Assembly (NCBI RefSeq): GCF_000341895.1
Contig: NC_020409.1
Location: forward strand, 900,001 to 932,000
DNA: 32,000 bases
From: Pseudodesulfovibrio piezophilus C1TLV30
GTDB lineage: Bacteria; Desulfobacterota; Desulfovibrionia; Desulfovibrionales; Desulfovibrionaceae
Direction: 5' to 3'
Both the position numbers and the translations under genes were made by a program. Of the stretch, positions 1 to 9,193 are shown piece by piece; the stretch's first letter is position 1, and every line of letters starts with the position of its first letter. Below the pieces are notes generated by a model that saw nothing but the letters and a program-made list of their open reading frames with translations, did no database searches and had not been told where the DNA came from.

Positions 1-199
1 GTTGAAACTTTACGCATTTAAAAACCTCCAAAAACACATATTTTCTCAGTCTGAAATGCAAGCATAGTTCCCACTTTTCTGAAATTATAATCTCCTTCCC
101 AAGATTTTCTACACCAAGAGCGATAAACCCTATTTCATTTTCAAAGAATGAAAAACACCTGACAATTTATCCTCACTGCACTTTTCCAAAGTGGAGAGT

Positions 200-208
200 T
201 GTGATAAT
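200..208 (+). promoter_or_regulatory. candidate extended -10 element (TGtGATAAT) for the hemerythrin gene
   Basis: TG-n-GATAAT at 200-208, about 35 nt upstream of ATG 244. No convincing -35 hexamer. Confidence 0.3.
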
Positions 209-243
209 TCAAAAGTATATTGATCACTAGTCGCGGAGGAAAA

Positions 244-669
244 ATGCCCTTAATGCAATGGGATGAATCAATGTCAGTCCATGTTGATGCGCTTGATGTC
301 CAACATCAACAACTCATATCCTTGATCAATGAGGCCTACGATGCGTTGCAAAGACACGATGAACACCACATGACAACGCTCATTTCGAAAATGACTGACT
401 ATGCCCACATGCATTTCGCCGTCGAAGAAAATTTACTGAAAAAACACGGATATCAGGATCTGGAGGGACATCGGTTCCAACACTCCCAGTTCATCCAGGA
501 TGTGACCAATTTCAGGAAATCACAATTTGATAGGACCAACCTGTCCCAAATTTTTGTCTACCTCAGCCGTTGGCTCAAGGCTCATATATTAGAAGAGGAC
601 AGGAAGTACATTCCCTACATGCCTCAACCTAAAACAGAATCAGAGATCGGGGACGACGACAGCGAGTAA
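244..669 (+). CDS. bacteriohemerythrin (single-domain hemerythrin-like metal-binding protein)
   Basis: ORF 220..669. Diiron ligand pattern H...HxxxE...HxxxH...HxxxxD (VHVDALDVQH, HFAVEE, HRFQH, HILEED). The GGAGGA SD at 235-240 favours ATG 244 over TTG 220. Confidence 0.88.
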   Translation: MPLMQWDESMSVHVDALDVQHQQLISLINEAYDALQRHDEHHMTTLISKMTDYAHMHFAVEENLLKKHGYQDLEGHRFQHSQFIQDVTNFRKSQFDRTNLSQIFVYLSRWLKAHILEEDRKYIPYMPQPKTESEIGDDDSE

Positions 670-700
670 GAAAGGAAAACACTCTTCACATCAGGACGAA

Positions 701-747
701 AGATGAAAAGGTCTGTCGCATGCATGATGCGACAGACCTTTTCATCT
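701..747. terminator. bidirectional intrinsic terminator between the hemerythrin gene and tRNA-Arg
   Basis: Perfect 21-bp inverted repeat (701-721 / 727-747, loop GCATG). The GC-rich core GGTCTGTCGCAT is flanked by an A-tract on the left and a T-tract on the right, so it reads as stem plus U-tract on both strands. It lies between convergent genes. Confidence 0.8.
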
Positions 748-751
748 TCTT

Positions 752-828
752 TGGCGAGCCACGCAGGATTCGAACCTGCGACCTTCAGCTCCGGAGGCTG
801 ACACTCTATCCAGCTGAGCTAGTGGCCC
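752..828 (-). tRNA. tRNA-Arg (anticodon CCG)
   Basis: The reverse complement folds as a 77-nt cloverleaf: acceptor GGGCCAC/GTGGCTC, D arm GCTC-AGCTGGATA-GAGT, anticodon stem TCAGC/GCTGA with loop CTCCGGA, T arm GCAGG-TTCGAAT-CCTGC, discriminator G, encoded CCA. Confidence 0.93.
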
Positions 829-839
829 GCGAACGCAAG

Positions 840-868
840 TAGCTATCCTTCGCCTACTCCTTTGTCAA
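840..868 (-). promoter_or_regulatory. candidate sigma70 promoter of tRNA-Arg
   Basis: Minus strand reads TTGACA (868-863), 17-nt spacer, TAGCTA (845-840). The -10 ends about 11 nt before the mature tRNA 5' end at 828. Confidence 0.4.
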
Positions 869-944
869 GACTACATCATTCCTGAAACAAAAGAAATATG
901 ACAACAGTGACAAAAGGCAGGCGTATGATTTCACTTGCAAAAAT

Positions 945-963
945 GTCTATAAAAAGTCTATAA
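945..963 (+). repeat. direct repeat GTCTATAA-AAA-GTCTATAA (11-bp period) upstream of ubiX
   Basis: Exact 8-mer at 945-952 and 956-963. It overlaps a possible TTGCAA(934-939)...TATAAG(958-963) promoter. Function unknown. Confidence 0.5.
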
Positions 964-1041
964 GATCACGAGTATGATGATTCCGGGCTACCCCTTTCCT
1001 GTCTGTGCGCAAGCGGAATTACCCGGACAACCGGGGGGATT

Positions 1042-1608
1042 ATGACAAAAAAACGAATCATTCTGGGAGTTACTGGAGCTAGTGGCAGTCTCTATGCTGC
1101 GACTCTTGTTCAAGCTCTCAGCGCCTGTGAGGACGTCGATTTGCACGTCATCATATCCGATGCTGCGCGAGAAGTCCTGCGGCTTGAAACAGATTTGTCA
1201 CTCAATGATCTCGTTCCCCCCTCCTGTACCGAATACAATATCAAAGACATTGCAGCCCCTCCAGCCAGTGGCTCATGGCGACACCACGGCATGATTCTCT
1301 GCCCCTGTTCCATGGCAAGTCTTTCTGCTGTGGCTACCGGACTGGGCACCAACCTCATTCATCGAGCTGCTGACGTCACTCTCAAGGAGCGGAAAAGACT
1401 CATTATTGTCCCCCGAGAGGCTCCCTACAACACCATCCACTTGAAAAACATGCTCGCTGCGGATCAAGCAGGAGCCATCATCATTCCGGCAAGCCCCGGA
1501 TTTTATCACCGACCGAAAACCATTGAGGATCTTGCAAATCACCTGGCAGGCAAGATTCTCGATCAACTGGATATCTCCCACACCCTCTACAAGAGATGGG
1601 GAAACTAG
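1042..1608 (+). CDS. ubiX: flavin prenyltransferase UbiX (prenylated-FMN synthase)
   Basis: 188 aa, colinear with UbiX/Pad1: GVTGASG near the N-terminus, SGSW, CPCSMASLSAVATG, HRAADVTLKERKRLIIVPRE, PGFYHRP. Confidence 0.9.
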   Translation: MTKKRIILGVTGASGSLYAATLVQALSACEDVDLHVIISDAAREVLRLETDLSLNDLVPPSCTEYNIKDIAAPPASGSWRHHGMILCPCSMASLSAVATGLGTNLIHRAADVTLKERKRLIIVPREAPYNTIHLKNMLAADQAGAIIIPASPGFYHRPKTIEDLANHLAGKILDQLDISHTLYKRWGN

Positions 1609-1620
1609 GAGGCGATGCAA

Positions 1621-2298
1621 ATGGAAATAACTTGGTTCGGACATGCAAATTTCAGAATAGAAACCGAGGCGGCTTCTGTACTTATTGACCCTTTCTTTGT
1701 CGGAAATCCCAGTTCTCCAGCGACTTACAAGGAAATCGAACGGGGTGATATCATTCTGGTGACCCATGACCATACCGATCACATCGGCCAAACCCTTGAG
1801 CTTGCTATCAGACTTGATGCCGAAGTCGTTGCCATGCCTGAAATCATTCAAAGCCTGATTGGCATGGGACTACCGGAAAGCCTCGGAGTGGGCATGAACA
1901 TAGGGGGAACGGTTGAGCGGCTGGGTATATCGATCAAGATGGTGCAGGCTCTGCATTCATCTATCAACGGGATGCCTGCGGGATTTATCCTCACCATGCC
2001 CGATGGCACCTGCCTCTACAATTCCGGGGACACAGGACTTTTCAGCGACATGGAGCTCTTCTCCAAATTTCACGACATTGATATTGCAATGCTCCCCATC
2101 GGCGGTCGCTATACCATGGACCCGCAACAAGCCGCCTATGCCTGCTCACTCCTGAAGTGTAAACGGGTTATCCCGATGCACTGGGGCACATGGCCCATCC
2201 TTGGCCAAAATACAGAATCCATGGCCGAACACCTTTCCCTGATGGCACCGGATACGAAGATGCTTGAACTGGAAATTGGGAAGCGGACAAAGATTTAA
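1621..2298 (+). CDS. UPF0173-family metal-dependent hydrolase (metallo-beta-lactamase fold)
   Basis: N-terminus MEITWFGHANFRIE, HDHTDH motif, length about 225 aa. The AGGAGG at 1607-1612 is 8 nt from ATG 1621 and only 2 nt from ATG 1615, so 1621 is preferred. Confidence 0.8.
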   Translation: MEITWFGHANFRIETEAASVLIDPFFVGNPSSPATYKEIERGDIILVTHDHTDHIGQTLELAIRLDAEVVAMPEIIQSLIGMGLPESLGVGMNIGGTVERLGISIKMVQALHSSINGMPAGFILTMPDGTCLYNSGDTGLFSDMELFSKFHDIDIAMLPIGGRYTMDPQQAAYACSLLKCKRVIPMHWGTWPILGQNTESMAEHLSLMAPDTKMLELEIGKRTKI

Positions 2299-4109
2299 AC
2301 CGAACGAGCAGCCTTCAGGCTCCCCAGAGCCGCGAGTATCTGAGCAGCCTTTTTTTTACCGACTCCCGGAAGAGTCCTGATATTCTGCTCATCTGCCTCG
2401 ACCATGGCATCAAGAGAACCGAATCGATCCCAGAGAATACGCGCAGTCTGAGGCCCAATACCGGGCAAGGAGGTTAATTCGCTCTGCAAGACCGCTTTTT
2501 TTCGTGCCTTCCGCTGACGCCCCAGCACAAAGCGGTGGGCCGTATCGCGGACCATTTGCAAAAAAAGCAACTCAGCGCTTCCCGGTTTGAGAGGCATGGG
2601 ATTCTTCCTGCCCGGCCTAAAAATGAGATCTGCCAACTCTCCGGCCCGTCGGGAAGGCCCTTTGGCGATGGAAGCCAACTCCCAGCACATTTCCTCAACA
2701 CACTCCGAGAGAGCGTTCTCAACAGCAGAAATTTGTCCCCGCCCACCATCAATCAAAACAAGGTCAGGCCATGGCGGGCCGGAATCGACACGACGATGGA
2801 CCCAAGCGGCCAATGCCGCATAATCATCACCCGCCCCTTCCAACTCAGGAAAGGAATAGACCCTTGACGCCTCTTTGTTTCGACGCCCTTCCTCGAAAAC
2901 GACCTGCCCCACCCGCATACCAGTACCACCCAAGTGGGAAGCATCAATACACTCAATTCGAAAGGGTTCTTCGCTCAGCTTAAGAACTGAATACAGTCGT
3001 TCGGTGATGGTATCTTTCTTGATTCGAGCCTGCCGGGCAACGTTCTTTGCTATCTCCGACAGCTTCTTCTCCTGCGTGGTTGACGGTGCGACAAGTCGAA
3101 CCGCCCCGGAACGACGCTCGGTCAGCACTTCTCCGAGCAAGGTATCCGAAACTTCATATGGTGCGATGATGACCGGGGGAATAAAGCGCCCTGCATTGTA
3201 GAACTGCAGCAAAAAGCTCTCCACGACTTCCGGACCTTCATCCAATGTCAATCCAGGCCAAAAGAACTGCTTTTCATCCAATAACCGTCCCTGCCTGATG
3301 AACAACAAACCAAGCCCCAGTCCCTGTTCATTTTCGGTCAAACCGAGGACATCACGATCTCTGTTATCATGAGTTACGACGACTTGACCTTCAACAGTCT
3401 TTTTTACCGCCTGAATCTGATCGCGCAAGAAAGCCGCTCTTTCAAATTCGAGAGCCTCAGAAGCTTCAGTCATCTGCTTGTGCAGAGAAGCAACCAATTC
3501 TCCAGATTTACCAGACAAAAGCATTTCGACTCGTCGCACCTGATCCGCATAGACATCAGAAGAGACCTCCAGAACGCAGGGAGCCAAGCATTGATGTATA
3601 TCATAATAGAGGCACGGTCGGACTCTATTTCTGAAAACATGTTCACTGCATTTTCGCAAAGGGAAGACCTTGCCGAGCAGCTTCCAAGTCGCCCGTGCCG
3701 CTGAACCGGATGTAAATGGACCGAAATAAACCGATCCATCCCGAACAACTTTGCGGGTGATGGATAATCGCGGATAAACCGACTTCTTATCGAGTCGAAA
3801 TAAAACATACTGCTTGTCATCCTTGAGCACGACATTATAGCGAGGTCGATGTTTCTTTATCAGTCCGGATTCCAGAATCAGAGCTTCCTTTTCAGTCCCA
3901 GTCAGTAGAATATCAACCGAACGTACCTTCCTGACAAGAGCCTCGGTCTTGGGAGTATGCCCTGCGTTTTTTTGAAAGTAGGATGCAAGCCTTCTCCGGA
4001 GCCTTTTGGCTTTACCAACGTAGATGATTCTTTCTTTCTCATTTTTCATGAGATACACGCCGGGAGTGTCTGGAAAATCAGCGGCAAAAAATTTGAACTC
4101 TTCACTCAT
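2295..4109 (-). CDS. uvrC: excinuclease ABC subunit C
   Basis: About 600 aa. GIY-YIG N-terminus (PGVYLMKNEKERIIYVGKAKRLRRRL), UVR domain (FERAAFLRDQIQAV), C-terminal HhH2 (LPGIGPQTA, LPGVGKKKA). Start is ATG 4109 or TTG 4133, unresolved. Confidence 0.93.
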   Translation of the reverse strand: MSEEFKFFAADFPDTPGVYLMKNEKERIIYVGKAKRLRRRLASYFQKNAGHTPKTEALVRKVRSVDILLTGTEKEALILESGLIKKHRPRYNVVLKDDKQYVLFRLDKKSVYPRLSITRKVVRDGSVYFGPFTSGSAARATWKLLGKVFPLRKCSEHVFRNRVRPCLYYDIHQCLAPCVLEVSSDVYADQVRRVEMLLSGKSGELVASLHKQMTEASEALEFERAAFLRDQIQAVKKTVEGQVVVTHDNRDRDVLGLTENEQGLGLGLLFIRQGRLLDEKQFFWPGLTLDEGPEVVESFLLQFYNAGRFIPPVIIAPYEVSDTLLGEVLTERRSGAVRLVAPSTTQEKKLSEIAKNVARQARIKKDTITERLYSVLKLSEEPFRIECIDASHLGGTGMRVGQVVFEEGRRNKEASRVYSFPELEGAGDDYAALAAWVHRRVDSGPPWPDLVLIDGGRGQISAVENALSECVEEMCWELASIAKGPSRRAGELADLIFRPGRKNPMPLKPGSAELLFLQMVRDTAHRFVLGRQRKARKKAVLQSELTSLPGIGPQTARILWDRFGSLDAMVEADEQNIRTLPGVGKKKAAQILAALGSLKAARSV

Positions 4110-4387
4110 GGCACTGTCTTTTTTTTTCAACAAAAAATATCATTTGTTCATCATAAACCATTTCAAACTGAAAATCATCTCAAGAATGGTGCACTCAACA
4201 GTATACAATTAAAGGATAAAAAAGAACATAACACTGCTCTAGATACATTTTTTTGTACGGTTAAAATTTTTTTACTCTGGAACATTTTTTTGCAAAACCC
4301 TCTTGCCAAAACCTTCTCATCTGGGATAAAGACAGTGTCAGTTTAAGCGTTCACTCAGTGAAAACCGCAAAAAAAGGAAGATTTATT

Positions 4388-5755
4388 ATGAAACGTTTGA
4401 TCATGCTCGCAGTCCTGTGCGCCTTTGTGCTCAGCGCAGCTGCTGCATCAGCTGCCGACCTGAAGATGAGCGGTGATTTCATCACCGACGCTCAGTGGCA
4501 GTCCAACTGGAACTTCAAAGACAACGGCGCTAAAGACAACGACGATCGCGTGTTTGACATCAAACAGCGTATCAACCTGGTCTTCGACTTCGTTGCTAAC
4601 GAAAACCTGAAAGCAGTCATCTACCTGCGCTCCAACACCAACTGGGGTAAAGGCGACACCGCTGTCGGCGCTGAGTCCGCTACCATGAACCTGCGTCGCG
4701 GTTACCTGGACTTCACCTACCCCGAGACTTCTGTTCGCACAAAGCTCGGTTACATGGGTCTGTCCTTGCCAGCAGCAGTTGGCGGCGGTTCCTTCATCCT
4801 TGATGAAGAAGTTTCTGCCATGACCATTTCCGGCGATATCACCGACAACGTTGGCTTCATGGCCGGTTTCATCCGCCCCTACGCTAACGATGACGAAAGC
4901 GAAGACTTCATGGATGCATATGCTGTTGCTCTGCCCATGACCTTCGATGGCTTCTCCCTGACTCCTTTCGGTGTCTACGGCAGCATCGGCGACAACACCT
5001 CTGGTGCTGATCTCGCTGGTACCAACGCTGCTGGCTTGGCTTCCATGAACGCCACCACCAACGCTTCCGGCTCCGACTACGAAGGCGCTTACTGGTTGGG
5101 CATGGCTTTCACCATGGACCTGTTCGATCCTTTCGTTCTGAATGCTGACATCAACTACGGTAACGTTTCTTCTGATGTTGATCAGAACGACCGTTCCGGT
5201 TGGATGATGGACGCAGCTTTGGAATACAAAGGTTTTGATTTCATGACTCCTGAAGTCTTCTTCGCCTATTCTTCTGGTGAAGACGGAAACAGCACCTCTG
5301 GTGACGCCGGTTCCGAGCGCATGCCTGTCATGGCTGCCTCCAACTGGGCTCTGGGTTCCTTCTTCTTCGGCGGGGACTACTTCCTGCAGGGTTCTATCGC
5401 AGAACGTAACGATTACCTCGGCTTCTGGGCCCTGGGTCTGTCTTTGAAAGACATCCAGTCCTTTGCTGACGGCATGACTCACACTGCTACCATCCTGTAC
5501 GCTCAGGGTACCAACGATAAAGATGTTGCTACTGACTCCGGTTCCTCTACCAACATCTCCTACGGTCGTACTCTGACCGAAGAAGACAGCCTGATTGAAG
5601 TCGACTTCAACACCTACTACAAGCTCTACGACGAGCTGACCATCGGTCTGGAGTTGGGTTACTTGAACCTGGATGCTGACGAAAACTACTGGGGTGCTGA
5701 CAACGAAGGCGGCGACGCTTGGAAGGTCACCACTGGTATCGCTTACTCCTTCTAA
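4388..5755 (+). CDS. outer-membrane porin (beta-barrel, probably a highly expressed major porin)
   Basis: Signal peptide MKRLIMLAVLCAFVLSAAAASA/AD, alternating beta-strand-like sequence rich in G/D/N/Y, C-terminal YSF. Strong codon bias, AAGGAAG SD before ATG 4388, strong terminator downstream. Confidence 0.75.
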   Translation: MKRLIMLAVLCAFVLSAAAASAADLKMSGDFITDAQWQSNWNFKDNGAKDNDDRVFDIKQRINLVFDFVANENLKAVIYLRSNTNWGKGDTAVGAESATMNLRRGYLDFTYPETSVRTKLGYMGLSLPAAVGGGSFILDEEVSAMTISGDITDNVGFMAGFIRPYANDDESEDFMDAYAVALPMTFDGFSLTPFGVYGSIGDNTSGADLAGTNAAGLASMNATTNASGSDYEGAYWLGMAFTMDLFDPFVLNADINYGNVSSDVDQNDRSGWMMDAALEYKGFDFMTPEVFFAYSSGEDGNSTSGDAGSERMPVMAASNWALGSFFFGGDYFLQGSIAERNDYLGFWALGLSLKDIQSFADGMTHTATILYAQGTNDKDVATDSGSSTNISYGRTLTEEDSLIEVDFNTYYKLYDELTIGLELGYLNLDADENYWGADNEGGDAWKVTTGIAYSF

Positions 5756-5806
5756 GCTCGCTTAGAATCAGTCAGCATTCAGCTACTACTTCACTGAAGT
5801 GACGCT

Positions 5807-5842
5807 GAGGGCCGGGGAGTGCAAACCCCGGCCCTCTTTTTT
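5807..5842 (+). terminator. rho-independent terminator of the porin gene
   Basis: GAGGGCCGGGG-AGTGCAAA-CCCCGGCCCTC, an 11-bp GC-rich stem followed by TTTTTTGTTTTTTT. Confidence 0.85.
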
Positions 5843-5954
5843 GTTTTTTTGACTGCCTGACGAGACTCGACTTTTTAGTATGGGTCGGATATATGAAATT
5901 CCCTTGGTCAGCAGAAAAACGCTGACACACTTTCTACTCAAGCCCGAGGTCGCG

Positions 5955-7259
5955 ATGCCCTGTAGAGAATTGATATATACGACGACAAAAGACTGGTCAG
6001 AGATAGCCAAATGGCTCGATCAACGAAAAGATCCGGATACCAAAGTCGATACCATCGTCCGCGAAATTCTAAAAAACGTGCAGACCAACGGAGATGCGGC
6101 ACTGGCACAATACACTGCCCAATTCGATTGCCCACATTTTACGACTGATCAAATCAAAGTCCCAGCACATGCCATTCGTGCTGCTTTGGCGGAACTCCCG
6201 GAATCTGATGCCGCGATTCTCGAAGAGGCCATTACACGAGTGCGCTCTTTTCATGCCAAACAAAAAGAAGAGTCATGGTGGACCACGAGTCAAGACGGAA
6301 CCATTCTCGGACAAATGGTTCGCCCGGTTGACAGAGTAGGCCTCTATGTTCCCGGGGGACAAGGCGGGGAAACCCCCCTTATCTCCAGCTTGATCATGAA
6401 TGCCATCCCGGCTCAGGTTGCTGGTGTTAATTCCATAGCGGTGACTTCCCCACCGAGACAGGATGGTACGCTCAACCCGTATATACTCGCCACCGCAGCA
6501 CTGCTGGAATTGGATGAGGTATATCTGGCTGGCTCAGCCTGGGCCATCGGAGCCTTAGCCTATGGAACGCAGACCATCGCCCCATGTGATGTCCTGGCCG
6601 GGCCTGGAAATATTTTTGTGGCTACGGCCAAATCTCAACTGATTGGTCAAGTTGGCATCGATATGGTCGCTGGCCCGAGCGAAATTGCCATCCTTGCTGA
6701 CAGTTCGGCAAATCCGGAATGGCTGGCAGCAGATATGCTTTCTCAAGCGGAACACGATCCTCTTGCAGCGTCGTTGCTGGTCACTCCTGACACCAAATTG
6801 GCAGCAGCGGTCAAAGAGGCACTGAAAACTCAGTGCAAGGATTTGCCTCGCGGAGAGATTGCAGCACAATCCCTCACGGATTGGGGCGGTATCATCACAG
6901 TCCCAGACCTTGAGATCGGAGCGGAACTCATCAATCTCTTGGCACCTGAACACCTTGAACTTGCTCTGGCAGACCCTTGGCTGATGCTCGGATCAATCCG
7001 CCACGCCGGGGCAATCTTCATGGGCCACAATTCCCCTGAACCAGTTGGTGACTACTTTGCGGGTCCCAACCATGTTCTTCCGACACTTCGGACTGTTCGA
7101 TTTTCATCCGCACTTTCCGTTCAAAATTTTTGTAAAAAATCCAGCGTGATTGCGACAAGCCCGAAATATGTTGCAGAACACGGAAACAAGATAGCCAGAT
7201 TGGCGAGATTGGAAGGTTTAGAAGCCCACGCACGGAGCGTGGAATGCCGCAATAAATAG
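5955..7259 (+). CDS. hisD: histidinol dehydrogenase
   Basis: 434 aa from ATG 5955 (GAGG 4 nt upstream). Conserved NGDAALAQYTAQFD, GLYVPGG, SQAEHD, GDYxAGPNHVLPT. Confidence 0.93.
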   Translation: MPCRELIYTTTKDWSEIAKWLDQRKDPDTKVDTIVREILKNVQTNGDAALAQYTAQFDCPHFTTDQIKVPAHAIRAALAELPESDAAILEEAITRVRSFHAKQKEESWWTTSQDGTILGQMVRPVDRVGLYVPGGQGGETPLISSLIMNAIPAQVAGVNSIAVTSPPRQDGTLNPYILATAALLELDEVYLAGSAWAIGALAYGTQTIAPCDVLAGPGNIFVATAKSQLIGQVGIDMVAGPSEIAILADSSANPEWLAADMLSQAEHDPLAASLLVTPDTKLAAAVKEALKTQCKDLPRGEIAAQSLTDWGGIITVPDLEIGAELINLLAPEHLELALADPWLMLGSIRHAGAIFMGHNSPEPVGDYFAGPNHVLPTLRTVRFSSALSVQNFCKKSSVIATSPKYVAEHGNKIARLARLEGLEAHARSVECRNK

Positions 7260-7379
7260 CGAAAATATCTAGAGATTGTTTTTTGTGTAATTTCACTAAA
7301 AACGCCCTCAGAACCTTCTCTTGTCATGAATTGGCATCCACGACCTTTGACCATAAGAACCATAGAGGGAGAAATTGAC

Positions 7380-8276
7380 ATGGCTGCTGTCCTTGAGACC
7401 AACATCACGGAATACCCGCTCGTATCAAAAGGCAAGGTCCGCGATATTTACGAGATTGACGAGACAACCCTGCTGCTGGTGACGACAGATCGTATTTCCG
7501 CCTTTGATGTAGTCATGCCTGACCCTATCGACGACAAGGGAAAAGTGCTGAACCAGATCACTTTGTTCTGGATGGAGAAGATGACGGATTTGGTCGACAA
7601 TCACATTATCGCGACCAACGTGGACGAGTACCCTGCCCCCCTACATAAATACAAGGCAGAACTTCAGGACCGGAGTGTTCTGGTCAAAAAGGCCAAACCA
7701 TTGCCTATCGAATGTATTGTACGTGGCTTCATTACTGGTTCAGGCTGGCAGGACTATCAAAAGACAGGTGAAGTCTGTGGGCAGACGCTCCCTGAGAATC
7801 TTCAGGAATCGGAGATGCTCGAAAAGCCGCTTTTCACGCCCTCCACTAAGGCAGATCTGGGCGACCATGACGAGAATATAACCCTTGAAGCAGCCGCAGA
7901 ATTAATCGGTGATGACATGATGCGAAAAGTTGAGAAACTTGCTCTAGATATATACACTAGAGCTCGTGATTATGCGAAGCAACGAGGTATACTTATCGCC
8001 GACACCAAATTTGAATTCGGCATGATTGACGAAGAACTCATTCTCATAGATGAAGTTCTGACCCCCGATTCTTCGCGCTTCTGGCCCATGGAAGGGTATA
8101 AAGCAGGCCAGTCTCAGCCCAGTTTTGACAAGCAGTATTTCCGTGACTGGCTTGTTCAAATCGGTTTCAACAAGCAACCGCCTGCCCCCTCTATCCCGCA
8201 GGAAATAGCAGCTCAGACCAGAGCAAACTACATGAAAGCTTACAGCCTGTTGACCGGTTCAGAGCTGACAGTCTAA
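7380..8276 (+). CDS. purC: phosphoribosylaminoimidazole-succinocarboxamide (SAICAR) synthase
   Basis: 298 aa from ATG 7380 (GAGGGA SD). Motifs GKVRDIYE, LVTTDRISAFD, IECIVRGFITGS, ADTKFEFG, VLTPDSSRFW. Confidence 0.93.
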   Translation: MAAVLETNITEYPLVSKGKVRDIYEIDETTLLLVTTDRISAFDVVMPDPIDDKGKVLNQITLFWMEKMTDLVDNHIIATNVDEYPAPLHKYKAELQDRSVLVKKAKPLPIECIVRGFITGSGWQDYQKTGEVCGQTLPENLQESEMLEKPLFTPSTKADLGDHDENITLEAAAELIGDDMMRKVEKLALDIYTRARDYAKQRGILIADTKFEFGMIDEELILIDEVLTPDSSRFWPMEGYKAGQSQPSFDKQYFRDWLVQIGFNKQPPAPSIPQEIAAQTRANYMKAYSLLTGSELTV

Positions 8277-8345
8277 AAATTCCACGCACCAGAAAAGCAC
8301 GTTATTCTATGCCTTTCTGGACAGAAAATGAGACAAGATAAAACT

Positions 8346-8435
8346 ATGATTGAATGGTTACAATTGATCGGACTGGTGTTGCTGGGATTGATAGTCGGCA
8401 ATATGATTCGTCGCTTGTTCTCCGGTAAAGGGTGA
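8346..8435 (+). CDS. possible 29-aa single-pass membrane peptide (MIEWLQLIGLVLLGLIVGNMIRRLFSGKG)
   Basis: ATG-to-TGA ORF below the track cutoff. Hydrophobic helix followed by a basic tail. No good SD. Lies in the purC-rpsF spacer. Confidence 0.2.
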   Translation: MIEWLQLIGLVLLGLIVGNMIRRLFSGKG

Positions 8436-8521
8436 GGTCCAAGTCATGATTCATGCGGCTGGACGCCGCCTCCAAAAAATGATCAGGAAACATAAAACTC
8501 TCTCTGGGGACACAGTGTCAC

Positions 8522-8550
8522 TTGACAGATGTCTTGTTTACAACTACTAA
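8522..8550 (+). promoter_or_regulatory. candidate sigma70 promoter of the rpsF-rpsR-rplI operon
   Basis: TTGACA (8522-8527), exact 17-nt spacer, TACTAA(T) (8545-8550), about 65 nt upstream of rpsF ATG. Confidence 0.55.
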
Positions 8551-8615
8551 TCCCCTCTTGCCTTGCTCCCCCCTATTGTTTGGGGAGGGCCAATGACCAA
8601 AAGGAGTTATATAAA
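8551..8615 (+). promoter_or_regulatory. structured rpsF 5' leader (possible S6:S18 autoregulatory element)
   Basis: C-rich segments (CCCCTC 8552-8557, CTCCCC 8566-8571) are complementary to GGGGAGGG (8582-8589), immediately upstream of the AAGGAG SD (8601-8606). Confidence 0.25.
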
Positions 8616-8906
8616 ATGGCTAACAACTACGAGACGCTCGTTCTTCTGTCTCCCGAGTTGGCTGAGGACAACAGGAAAGAAATCCTGAGCAACCTCACCT
8701 CCATCGTGGATCGCGAAGGCGGCACAATGGTTGAGACCGACGACTGGGGAATGCGCCAACTGGCTTACCCTGTCGAAAAGCAGACCCGCGGTTATTATGT
8801 GCGTTTGGTCTACACTGCCCCCGGTGCGCTGGTGGCAGAACTGGAACGCAACATCCGCATTACCGACGGTATCTACAAATTCATGACCGTCAAACTGGCT
8901 GCCTAG
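8616..8906 (+). CDS. rpsF: 30S ribosomal protein S6
   Basis: 96 aa from ATG 8616 (AAGGAG 9 nt upstream). Motifs [25 protein letters not shown]. Confidence 0.93.
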   Translation: MANNYETLVLLSPELAEDNRKEILSNLTSIVDREGGTMVETDDWGMRQLAYPVEKQTRGYYVRLVYTAPGALVAELERNIRITDGIYKFMTVKLAA

Positions 8907-8917
8907 GAGGTTTCACC

Positions 8918-9181
8918 ATGGCATTTCGCAAAAAGTTCACCCCGAGGAAGAAGTTCTGCCGCTTCTGCGCGGACAAAGAACTCCCCATGGATTACAAGCG
9001 TCCCGACATCCTTCGTGATTTCGTGACCGAGCGCGGCAAGATCATTGCCCGTCGCATCACCGGCACATGCGCCAAGCATCAGCGCCGCCTGACCAACGAA
9101 ATCAAGCGCTCTCGTCAAATGGCCCTCCTGTTCTACACCACCGTTCACAGCACTGATGTGAAAAAGCGTAGCTCCATATAA
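8918..9181 (+). CDS. rpsR: 30S ribosomal protein S18
   Basis: 87 aa. [62 protein letters not shown]. Confidence 0.95.
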   Translation: MAFRKKFTPRKKFCRFCADKELPMDYKRPDILRDFVTERGKIIARRITGTCAKHQRRLTNEIKRSRQMALLFYTTVHSTDVKKRSSI

Positions 9182-9193
9182 GGAGGAGGACCA

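Noticed and set aside
4278-4294. Sigma54-like element cTGGAAC-N...-TTTGCA upstream of the porin gene
   Set aside because: The GG-to-GC distance is 13 nt rather than the invariant 12, and the sequence sits in a generic AT-rich region.
4448-5482. 344-aa ORF antisense to the porin gene
   Set aside because: It is the codon-for-codon mirror frame of a strongly codon-biased gene, so the sense codons that would give antisense stops (TTA, CTA, TCA) are simply rare. The product is low-complexity with no SD. The porin has a signal peptide, a C-terminal Phe, an SD and a terminator.
8446-8550. 34-codon basic ORF (MIHAAGRRLQKMIRKH...) with a GGTGAGG SD
   Set aside because: Its 3' third coincides with the near-consensus rpsF promoter (TTGACA-N17-TACTAAT), which explains the sequence better. 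It is retained only as a note under the small-ORF finding.
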